From: Rhizodiscina lignyota
Taxonomy: Eukaryota
DNA length: 64,000 bases
NCBI GenBank assembly: GCA_010015805.1
Contig: ML978126.1
Span: 1,240,001 to 1,304,000, forward strand
Reading direction: 5' to 3'
A model generated the notes under the pieces. The model saw only the letters and a program-made list of their open reading frames with translations, made no database searches and had not been told where the DNA came from. The translations under genes and the position numbers were made by a program. How positions within the stretch are numbered: the stretch's first letter is position 1; every line of letters starts with the position of its first letter. Below are positions 36,077-47,200 of the stretch, one piece after another.

Positions 36077-37300
36077 ATAGATAGTCTATGTAGGTATGCA
36101 TCATCAGCTTCTCCTTTACAAAGATAGAATATGCTCGAGCCTTGCCCGTGATCTCCGCAGGAGAGACTCACAGGAGACTCCTTCGCAATATCGCAGGGCA
36201 CTTGCAACGTAGGGTTTATGTTCAGAGTTGATGGCAAGACTTTGAATCAAATTGCCAACTGGGCCGATATGTCCTTTACTAGATTTTCGATGAATCTCCA
36301 AAATCTTATGATAATACACATGCGATGGGTGGAAAGTGTCAAATGTTAGAGAATCATGCACTTATCAACTGGGAGAGCTGAGTGCTGAGCGCTGAGTGCC
36401 GGCTGGCCGTTGAGGGGTTGGAACATGTGTCATTTGCGAGTTCTCTTGCACAGACCAGAGTAGACGCCGCAATAACGTGATGTTCAAATCCAGAGGTAAA
36501 AGCTTAGAGTAGAATAATTTCTTTGGAGCTCATCAGCCTTTCGTGCACATAAACAGTTCCAAGGGCAATTATGAGGTGCTTGAGCGGAACCATCAACTTC
36601 GCAATTCTACAAAGCGCTGGTGAAAAAACAGTCATCGTAAACTATATTGCCAAACTTTGATAGATTACCATTGTACTTGCCAGAAGAATAGCTTCAAAGC
36701 GTTTGTCGTTCGTGTGCTTCAAAAGCTCGGCCGACGAGCAGGCTTCGAATGAGATGGTCAATCTTCATAATGCAACCACTCTAAAAGAATAAACTTAAGC
36801 CGGTAGTCTGAAAAGACGCTTACAGAGAACCTTAAATGATGTTTTATTTGCACTAATAATGTCTCGTTGACAGATTTGTTGTTGTTGCGCAAGATCTGGG
36901 AGGAGATGTTAACGGTGAATTGAACGAAGCCCATATCCCACCACATCCTCCATTCTTTCCAATACCTCTTCAAATCAAAATAGAAGCTTACTAAGCACTA
37001 GTACGGCGGTGAATTTATAGAGAGTGCAAATGTATTGCGGTTATCAATCGTGCATTGGTCTAAGAGGCAAACGTGAGTTGTAGCGATTAAGTGGTGTGGT
37101 TCAACCGAGCATCTGAGTACCATTCCTATCGACTGTACGCCCCACAGCAGGAACGAATTTGATTAGGAAAAAAAAAAGGCAAGCTCGTACTCTTATATCC
37201 CACTTAAGAGAGTATGGCCGTACTCTAAGCCAATACGTGTAAAATGATAAACCGGATACCAAAAAGAAACCCTTTCTCACGCCAGTGCTGGGAAAAGAGC

Positions 37301-37306
37301 AAAAAA
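37301..37306 (-). terminator. RNA polymerase III terminator (T6) of the tRNA-Glu gene
   Basis: TTTTTT on the minus strand, 8 nt after the discriminator base. Confidence 0.75.
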
Positions 37307-37314
37307 GATGATTA

Positions 37315-37501
37315 TTCCGACGCCGGGAATCGAACTGAATTGCTGTTAGATGATGTTGAGAGCGGGTGAGTTGGGTTAGCTTACCCCGGGCCTAGTGAAC
37401 TGTTAGTGATTGGGTGGTATTGGCGGTGAAGAAGGACCTTACCTTTCCGGTACATGCTCTGCTATGAGAGCGGAAGATCCTAGCCCCTAGACCACGTCGG
37501 A
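37315..37501 (-). tRNA. tRNA-Glu(CUC) interrupted by one canonical tRNA intron and two spliceosomal-type introns
   Basis: Exons 37465-37501, 37443-37450, 37385-37391 and 37315-37334 join to TCCGACG TG GTCT AGGGGCTA GGAT C TTCCG CT-CTC-AC CGGAA AGGC CCGGG TTCGATT CCCGG CGTCGGA A (72 nt, all stems paired). Intron 37451-37464 follows position 37. The GT-AG introns are 37392-37442 and 37335-37384. Confidence 0.9.
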
Positions 37502-38269
37502 TTGATGGGAGGGAAGCTAAGTGTGATTATAAAGTAAGCTACCAGAGTTGTAAAAGCGGCGCGGCGGGGTCTTAATCCCGAGGCCTGAGGAATCAAAATT
37601 CTAGATTTTTCACTGTCATACCTCAACAAAGTTTTACGTGATTTCTAAGCCTTATGCCGTCGCGGCTTACGCTAAGCGTAGTCAATCTAAATTATTCGGG
37701 TCTTTACCAGACAACCTTATGTCATGTACATATAGCGGTACAACGTCAACTCATCCAACATCTCACAAACATTGTACTACCAAAAAAGGATACATCAACA
37801 CACATCACAGGCTTCAGCTACCATTTTGATATGGGCCCAATAATACTTTTAAACCACATAATCCATACCTTAACGTCTTTCCGCTATCCTACAATGTTGC
37901 CCACAGATGATGTCAGTTGGGTTGTAGCGCCATCCAGAGTGCCGCAAAGGCCTGAGCGAGCTATCAAATAGCTTACTAGGCACGAACTCTACCACATATA
38001 ACAGCACAATTCCAAAGGAACTTGGGACGTGCAAAGCTCTTAAGTAGCAACCCTCTATTCCGTATATTATTCATTCGATGATACAGCTCATGTTGCACGG
38101 TATCCGAAATCAAGCCCAATCATTTGCCCTTCAAGTCATCAATTTTCATTCCGCAGCAGCTTCTTTCTATACGTAAATTTTAGAAAAGTTCTTTGAGTCT
38201 TGCACGTTTAGTCTCTATTACACGAACTGTACTTTAGATGTTGACTGTCCATTCGGAGCGTCGAGGATG

Positions 38270-38703
38270 GCAGAGATTTCGTCGCAACTTTCGAGACCCA
38301 ACAGCGATAATGCATAGACTCTATAATCAATGGAGTATACAAGTGTTTCAACGGTACGCCATTGTCATATACACGACAGAGAACGTAGAGCTAAATAGTA
38401 TCGCTCACCTCGAAGCACAAGAACTGCTCGCATTTAGGCGTTACAGTGTGCCGAGCGGCCAACTAGTTCGTCACTCTCGAGGGAGCCGACAGGCCTTACA
38501 GATTCAAGTGGGTGACGAAAAGGTTGAGTCATAGCTGCAATGTATTGAACCGTAAGGAGTATACCCTCACCAGTTGATACAGATTATGTATGCTAAAGCT
38601 GCACGTTTTAGATAAACACACTCTGGTATATATTCAATCGAGCTTTTAGAGGTGTGCTCACTCCTACTAAAGAACAAATCTTGTTCTTACTACAGCCGTT
38701 CAG
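38270..38703. repeat. Two tandem degenerate copies of a ~200-245 bp dispersed repeat (MITE-like family 2)
   Basis: CAAGTGGGTGACGAAAAGGTTGAGTC matches the reverse complements at about 51940-51963 and 62429-62454. CGCTCACCTCGAAG..TTAGGCGTTACAG matches 57981-58025. Confidence 0.7.
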
Positions 38704-40623
38704 TTATAGTTTAGAAGAGGGAGCTCTGGGCCGCCCCTCAGCTGAACTCGTCAAGATCGTGGATGGGCCTTGGACAAGGGGAGCGGTGTGCTGAGATCGG
38801 CAAGGACCTGTGGCAAAGAATGCAACCATCTCCAGACCAGGAGTGCGTGAAATCTCTACCGTTGCAACTCTGTTGCACTGTCCTGATTTGCCGTCCAAAC
38901 ATGTCCTCCATCTTGTATGAGGAATTGATCGGCCCCCAGGCCAGCAGTTCAAACACGAACATGAATTTCTCAAAGCGAACAGTCCAAGCTTCCCAACTAA
39001 AAGCTCTCTGGTGCTTACAAATGATATCAAAGACAGTATATACGGCGTCTCCGCAAAACCAAGCAATCATCTCTTCACAGCCTCAGCAGTTCGACGACCA
39101 GGCCCCAGCAGCACACGCACTACCCCGAACCTCTGAGTCCCAATCATCGGGGGGACGCTCAGCGAGTGGGAGCTCGCTGCCTGGACTTCGTCCGAGCCAA
39201 TACATTCATCTGCACGGCCGAAGCTTCAATCACATACCGAACTGCACGGGAGGAGGATACTGAGGATTGGGAGAGTGACACCCCGACACGTCGCGTTCTC
39301 ACAGAGTATCTTTCTAAGCCGTTCCCGAGACAAGGCTGGTATGCTGGGTGTGGTACGGGGCGAGACGGGCCCGAGAGGGAGAATACCCTAAACGATATCC
39401 GTGCCGTCGTAGGGTTTGGGGATGACGTACGGCGGTGCATGTGTGCGAGAGAGGGCTTTTGCACGCAGCTGCACGGCAAAGAAAGAAAATTTCGACAGTT
39501 CGAATATGGGGTTGCGGCTATGCCTGGAGCGGAAATGCAGTCGGCTCTCGGCGTCTCAGGCGTTCGAAACCCGCCGAGCCACTCACGGTGTGCAGAGCGG
39601 CATAAGTGGGAGCTGCACGAGCCTTTGCGCGTTTTAATGACAGCATCTGTTCTATTTTATGTGGAATGACTGAAAGGACTTCTCGCATGTGCAGAGGCTG
39701 TATTCGTAAAGTCAGACTAAGAATTTCCATTTCTTCCTTGGCTCTCGAGCTTCGGTTCGAGCATATGCGGGCTTTTAACGTGTAGTTTGTGTATGTAGAT
39801 TGAGCTCCGATTCAATTACATCTGGGCGCTCAACTAGCAGTTTGCACGTAGAGATCGAGCATCGCCTCAGTCAAACGCACCCACTCAGCTCCCAACTCGT
39901 GTACGAAGTTTAAGCTTCCGTGCGAGTAATCGTGAGGGCTACACGAGACTCATTATCTCACGCCCTGAGTGGCTGCGCCCCCAGCAATCCACAGAAACCG
40001 TTAGACTAGTGGGCGTCAGGAGCCTTCGGAAATAATGACCACCAGCGGCGAGGCCGACGAGTGGAGTCTGGTTGCCTGACATCCCTCAACGCCTCCCCAG
40101 GCCACTTCCCCACGCAGGATTGTATGATCAGACAGATTCAGCGGGGGTAGAGATCCCCTTCATGCTTGTGCGGGAGCTAAAAATCAAGATCGTTTTTGGA
40201 TAACAAATGCGCAGAAACGGGACAGTCGTATGATAGGTACAATAAGAATATTGTGAAACAACAAATGCATGCAGTATGTACGCGTTACGACTACGACTTG
40301 GGGGGTATACCGGAAACGACCGACTGATAAGGAAAGATATGACAATAAAGAGTGCCAAAACACACTCAAAACAAATAAGAATGATGGGGGGAGGGCCGCC
40401 CAATGCGAAGCGAAAAACTTTGAGAGAAAAGATGCCGTTCCGTTGGATCAAAAATGAAGCTCGCCCAGAACAATGCGCCAGAGATCCTCCATAATGTTCC
40501 TGTTGCAAGCAGAAAATCCATACCCAATATTCGTAACATTTCCGACACCAAAATTTTGAGCAGTCCATCCCACAATAATGCTTTGCAAATCCGTCAAAGT
40601 GTTGAAAAAGTCCCATCCCTCAG

Positions 40624-43600
40624 TCAATGCACCGCCGCGCTGCCCAGCCGCTCTCCCAATCCCACGATCGTGCTCTCCCTGTGCCCATGCGAGCTCTCCC
40701 TGCCCTGGTGCACACCCGTAAGCATATCCACACAGTCGCCCAGCCGGCTCGCCGCCTCATGCAGGAGTTCCCATCTCGTATTCAAGAACATGTCCCTCAG
40801 GAGGACCAACAGGCCCAGACACGCATTTCGATGCGGCGTGCGACTCAGATCCTCCGGGCTCTTGACTCCGCCCACGCGCTGGAGGAAGAGCTGCATATCC
40901 CGCACCCTTTCTTCGTCGCTGTTGAGCGTGTAGACGGGGGAGAGCGGGCCATCGAGCGCGAAACCGTAGGACCAGACGATCAGGGTGGCAAAGTACAGGA
41001 CCCAAGGCCGGTTGAGGAGGAAATCGTCCCGCGCCGAGTAAGTGAAGCCGTGCTGCTCGAGGCCTGTGGAGCTCTGCTGTTCAGGGCGCAATCCTGCCTC
41101 TCCGTCGGGGAGCAGGACTTGCGAGAGGAACCGCAGCGCGTAGAATGTGGCATCCCTCGCGCGAGCCGTTGGTGCCCAAACCTCTTTCATCCGCCGTTGC
41201 GCGCCCGCCGAGTCCTGCGATGTAATGCTGCGTCCAAGAAGTCTGTGCGCACCAGCGAAAATCTGGCAGTCCACAATGTCAACGTGCATCGCCATGTGAG
41301 CCAGATGGTGCAGAACCGTCCTTCCTTCGAAAATATTGTCAGGATCAAGGTCGGGGTGAGAGGTTCGGCCATGCGACGATGTCCGTTGTAGCGCGCTCGG
41401 GTTGTTCTTGAGACTGTCATCAAAATCAATCTTCCAAAAGTCAAACGCGCGAGTCAAACTTCCTCTCCACTTATCCCTTCCACCAAGCGCTTGAGTAACG
41501 CCGAGCGAAGAAACTTGCAAGTCTCTCTGGTTCATGTGCCAGCTCACGCTCAGTAACCCAGCCATTAGAATCGTACGACCGAAGGCGTTCGTGCGGACTG
41601 GTTGACCGTTGAGGGTCTTCTTCAGCCCATCAAGGAATGATGGTGACTTTACACCGTTCTGGTGATTCAGCTGTTCCGCACGTCCTACTTCTGCGCTCGA
41701 TGTCGCGGACCACATGGCTTCATCGCAGGGCAATGGCAGACGCATTTCATGAGCTACCATCACTGCTGAGTGTCCAAACATTGTCGCGTGGATCGAGTCC
41801 ATCACGAAAGCAGCAAACGCCACTCGTCGCGTCGCCTCATTCGAGATCCAATGATTCCACCAGTCGTCTGGAGTCGTAGCCCCCGAGCCGAGTGTACCGT
41901 TAATGCCAACGGAATTGTGACGCGAATCCTTTACACTTGGAGGCGAATCGATGCTCGAACGGCCGATAAGCGAAGAGCCTCTTCTCATCAGCGTCAACGT
42001 GGTCGCATGATGAATGTGTGCACGCTCGTGCAGTGGCCTTGTCGCATACATCTTCTCGAAAATCTCTAGTAAGATGAGTGACTGGAAGACCCAGAGTTTC
42101 GCAGGCGGCCTAAAGTCGGCATCTTGAAAAATCTCCCATCGAATGTTGCATGCAAAGAAATTCGCGAGTTCTGAGCACTGCTGCGTTGTTGAGAATCCGT
42201 GAGTCCTCTCCAGGCAAGACGCCCCAATTGCCATGACTGCGATCAGAAGTAGTTCAGGACAGTGGTTGGCAGAGAATGTAGGACGGTGAAGGATGGGCAT
42301 CTGCGGGTGGAAGTGAATCCAGTACGACGTAATATAATTTTGCATCATGCTGAGTCCAAGCAAATGGTGGTCATCGCGCTTCGCACCATCGAGAAGCTCG
42401 TCCTTCTTGATACTCGTCAGGTGTGTCACATCGTTGAAGCGCATTTCGAGATGTTCCAGGATATGCTGGCGTCTGTCTTCTGATAGCGACGATTCTGGAA
42501 GGTTAGCATCCAGAATACTGTTGACAGCCATTGGGTGTTGTGGAGGCATCGGTTGGGAAAAGTTACCCGAGACTTGAGGGTCGTAGTTGAAATATGGTGC
42601 CTGAAGCCCCATGTTCTGCGACTGTGCCATCATGTTATTCATGTGCGCTGAATAGGCCATGGGAGACGCTCCAGATCCAAACTGAGAATCGTTGAAAAGC
42701 CATGCCGTAAAGTCATCAGCCATTGCAAATGGCGATCGACTGATGCCCTCTCCGCCAAACATGGGCACAGAATACTGAGGCGTCATACTCTCTAGTATTT
42801 GAGCCTCTGTCGCAGCACTCATTCTCATGTCAGATTGGCCCTGATCTATTTGCACTCCGGCTGAAGGTGGATAGCTTGATTCAGTAGGGTGGGAGGTAGG
42901 TGCCATGGTCTGGAACGACGGCGGCGGCAGGGTTGAGAGAGGAGGAAAGTTTTGTTGCGACTGATACTGCGAAGGAGTCGATGTTGGATACTGCTGGTTG
43001 CCTTGTTGAGGCCCTCTTGGAAAAGGTTGCTGACTTCCAGCAGCAGTGTATGGTGACCCATTTATCGACAGCGACTGCATGTTGGAAGCCATCGTGTTCT
43101 GCCTTGTGAAAGAGCCATCAGGTCCGGGTCGACCACCCTGAGGCCCAAAGCTGCTTTGCCGTGCAAGGTTGGGATAATTTTGTTGTGGTCGGTTGCTCTC
43201 GCTCGTTCGATAGCTGTCGGTGCTAGCTGTTCGGTTCAGTGAGGTCCCCATCTGAACATCAGACCCCGGAGACTGAAGGGTTGGATCGAGAGGAGGTGAC
43301 GCTTCTGATCGGTTAGATGAGTTTGTGACACCTGACATGGGAGATTGGGTGGAGAAGGCCCGATCCGGTGGGGGTTGCTGTTGTTGCCCTGCATGAAAAG
43401 AAGCGCCTTGCCGCACGGTCGGCGAATTCGAGGGACCCATTCGCAGTGCATTTTGTTGATTGAGCGCTGCTGTAACAATAGGATTGGGGTTTTGCATAAA
43501 GTTGTCTTTGCGAAGCAGCTGAGATCCACGTGCGGTGTGTCGTTCCTTGTGCCGCGCACACAGGTCCTGACGAACAAACGACCGCTGGCAATCCGGGAAA

Positions 43601-44224
43601 TCGCATCTATAGATTTGTTTCGGATTGTCTGTTAGTTTATTAATTAGCTTCTGTTCGCGTTGTTCGTGATATTGTAGCACCATGTCAGCGGAACGGCCCC
43701 ACAGGGCCGTAGTTGCGGACGAGGCTGCACACGATTAAGTGAACCAGCAGTCGCCAACCACATGGCCGATGAGAGCTCAGAACGTCAAGCGCAATGCGCC
43801 ATTATCGATTCAAGGCTCAGTCGAGCTTTTGCGGGGTGCCTCTATGGTTGAGCGCACACAATCGCTATGAAATGGCAGGAGACTCACGATTCAACTGGTG
43901 TCGATAGAGATGTTCCGCCCTCGAATAGCTCTTCCCACATCCCTCGTGAGGACACTCAAACTTCTTGTCCAGGCCCTTCCTGCTCCTCCTCCTCTTCTTC
44001 GACGAGCCCATGCTCGTGCCCTCAGGACCACCCTGATCCATCTCCTCTTCCCCATCCTCATTCTCTCTCGTCCTCCTCCTTCCCCGCTGATCGTCTGGAG
44101 TTGAAGTCCCAGCAGCTTGGTCCATGGCTGAGGAAGCCGAGTCGAGCTTCATGTGGTGATCGTGTTGCGAGGAGCCAAAATCCGGCGCATGCGCAGAGTG
44201 CATGGTAAGAACCTGGGCGGTCAT
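40624..44224 (-). CDS. C2H2 zinc-finger transcription factor with fungal-specific TF domain (Zas1-like)
   Basis: FECPHEGCGKSYSRAEHLYRHQLN|H joined by intron 43629-43887 to NPKQIYRCDFPDCQRSFVRQDLCARHKERH. Also FHPQMPILHRPTF, EATRRVAFAAF and LPLPCDEAMW. Confidence 0.93.
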
Positions 44225-47200
44225 GGCCTTGGGCAAGGTCGTGGGGTTCTGGCGAAGGGGTGCATGCGTGGCTCCCTTTCTCTTGCTTGTGCCTTGCGCG
44301 CGCGCAAAATGTCTGGGAGCGACGGCGAGTGGTTGGCGGTACTTTCTTTATGGGTCGGCGAGCGTGCTTTTGTTCAGAATGATCGGTGTGTAGGAGGCGC
44401 TCGGGATGCGGCGGTCATAGCATAGGGCTCATGCGGGAGGCAGAAGACGGTCGGGTGCAGCTGCTCGGAATGGGAGTGCGGAATGGCGCAGAGCGGGAGA
44501 ATGAGGAAGGTGAGGGGAGCAGGGACAAAGTTTTGGTAAGAGAATGGTATCGCAGTGGTAGCAGATACTGGCGGGAGTCGTGTGGATGAGGGCCGTGGAC
44601 GCGGCGACGTCAATGCCTGTGCGTGATGGTGAAGCTGTATAGGGCTCGATGCGCTGAAATTGGTGGCTGCTGAGGCGCGTGCTGCAGGAGACGGCAAGCC
44701 TCTGCAAATCGGCACGAGGCTCTGGTTCGGTGGACTAAAAGCTTCGCGTGGAAACGTGGGGAAGGGCGATGGGAGTTGCGAGGGCAGAGGCTTGGAGTGC
44801 ACTCGACGACGAGAAGGCGGCTCGACGTGGGGAGGTGTCTCGTGACGCTTGGGACGCGGCGGGCACTCGACGTACCGCTTTGCAATGCTGACAGGCAGCG
44901 CGCACGTACAGAGTACCTACGGTACGGTTGTAGCACTCTGCGCCTGTGGTCGCAGCTGCAGCAGATGCGCGCCGGTCGAGCCGAATACGGCAATGCTACT
45001 CGACCGGCTCGGCCTCGAAAATTTTCTCTCGCGATCAGATGAGGGCGTGTGCGGTGCTGACGCAGAGCTGGACGAGTAGCAGTTGCGAGCGTCGAGTGTA
45101 CGTACGTTGCCGGTGCTGCAGGGCGTCGCCTTGGTGCATGCAATCGAGGGTTCGGAGGACGTGCAAATCTGCAAAAACTGCGGAGGCGTGGGATGTCGAG
45201 GCTTTGAGCTGCTCGCCCTGCTAACCACCTCAACACCACAGGCAGCGCGTGGGGGTGCATGCGACGCAGCAAAACGGCTATAGGCACGCGCGGGCGGCCG
45301 CGGCTCAGGCACACAGTTTACTTAATGCGCCATCCAGTGCGTAGATAATCACCACCACTGGGCCGCGCTTAGCACTGCTGTTGGCTCTAACGCCATCAAG
45401 TGCAATGCCTTCGGCTCGGGCCATCAGCGAGGACTGCCCACAGCGGACGCTATCACTAGTCGGCGGCCGGCCTGCCAAGCTGCTCTGGTGGGCCCTGCTC
45501 GCGATGGGTGCCCGGCTAGTCCAAGTGGGAATCAAGGTTGGCAGCTGGCAGCTGGATGTGACGAGCGAAATAAGAGTGAGAAGTCGAGCGCCGGCAGAAG
45601 AAGCATCGGCAGCGACCGCAGAGGCGCTGTATGCGCGCCACACCACCATCATTTAGCCTGCTCGACGCGCCCATTTCTCCCTATCTCTGCCAGATCCTTC
45701 GTCCGCATTGCTTCTGGCGCGATCATCAGCCACACCACCACGATCGAAGCATGAGGCGAAAATCAACACTTTCCCCCTGCCACATGCCCTCCTCGTGAGC
45801 AGTCTTTGCCACCCAATCGTCCTCCCACACGCTTCAGGCAAGCCCGGCCATCGCACGCAACCATGCACTCCCCGGATCCAGCTAAAGGGATAGAAAGGGA
45901 GCTTGCAGATCCTGCGTCGCGACGCCTGCCCATTGGCCTGCCCTGTGCCCGCGCCGTGGGTAGCTCCAGTCACGGCGAATGCTGTTATGTACTGCGCTTC
46001 CCGAAAAGATCGCCTCTGATATCTACATTATACATTCGCCTTAGTGAGATCAACTCACGCCCCTGCAGCCATCCCCGGAGCTGATCTTTTCCGCCTCATC
46101 CCTCTGCGTTGCTTCAGACTCTCTTACATAATGCGTTAGTCGTGTCCATCGCTGCTTGACTGAGCGAGACCCTCCTCCACAACTCTGTCACACTGTTACA
46201 CACACTCCCAGAGCACGCACGACCGTTTGTCACGCACATCGCTCACCTCCACTCAGCACCCCGTTGACCCTGAGCGAGCGAAATTTCGGAACTTTGTCCC
46301 AATCGTGTGGAGCCGCCGACTCTTCCTTGGTCCTTCTAGAAGCCTTCCACAATCCTTTTGCTGCGGCAGATCTCGGATGGTCCTTCCGCAAGTGTCCATG
46401 CCGAACTTGATTCGCACGTTCGCATTCGAAAAGATCTCTGAGCAGTCTTTGCGCTCGCTTCCTGCAACAGGAACGTGGCATCAACGTGCTGGAGTGCGAC
46501 ATTTACAGCTGAATTACCGCTGCTGTGGCGAAAAGGCGCGGCCGTAATGGAAGGACAGCACATGACCGCCTCAATCAGGCGATTTGGGGCTGTTCTCCGT
46601 GATCCCCTACCAGCATCGGGCAGCATCATCGAGCTTCGAAGATCGCACGCTGCTGTCTGGCTCTGTATAAGCTCTCGTATTCTTCCCTGCCGTGCATGAA
46701 TCAAAACTCTAATTCTCACGACTCCGCAGATTCCGCAGTCGATTCCGCAACTGGGACGGTCCGCTGCTTCATTCTTCTGCACGGATGACCATGCCCCTGG
46801 CGTTTCAGGGGGCCAAAGCAACGAGCGCCACCAGTTCGCGCCCGTGATCTCAGGAGAAAGAGCAGAATACTGCAGCTATGATTATCTTCATCAGATCTAG
46901 TATTATTATACCTTCACCTTCGCTTTCGCGTCTTCCAGCCAGCCAGTTGCGAGCTATCCTAATCATTAGGAAGCTTCTGATCGGCATTTGACGCTGCTGT
47001 AAGTCGTGAGCCGCTTAGAGTCGGCGATGTCGACATTATGATGTTGCTCACCAGCAATAACTTCAAAGCCTCTAGGGTAGGTCGTCTCGACCTTCCGGCA
47101 CTTGCCGGCTGATTTTCGGGGTCTCAAGCTGTACCACATCTCAAATTCTACATCAAACAATGCTCATAGACTGCAGTGACGCGTGAAATTGGCGCCTTCC

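Noticed and set aside
36400..37000. AT-richer stretch with fragmentary minus-strand ORFs
   Set aside because: Multiple stops and no transposase or other recognisable motif; at most an unidentifiable relic.
37335..37442. Alternative reading of the tRNA inserts as archaeal-type bulge-helix-bulge introns or random insertions
   Set aside because: No BHB pairing is evident at the junctions. Both inserts have exact GTAAG donors, CTAAC branch sites and YAG acceptors at the boundaries required by the cloverleaf.
38763..39669. Two overlapping plus-strand ORFs (166 and 167 aa)
   Set aside because: Different frames, no intron signals joining them and no recognisable domain; possibly a pseudogene.
40627..41391. 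254-aa plus-strand ORF and similar antisense ORFs over real genes
   Set aside because: Shadow ORFs caused by codon bias of the opposite-strand CDS.
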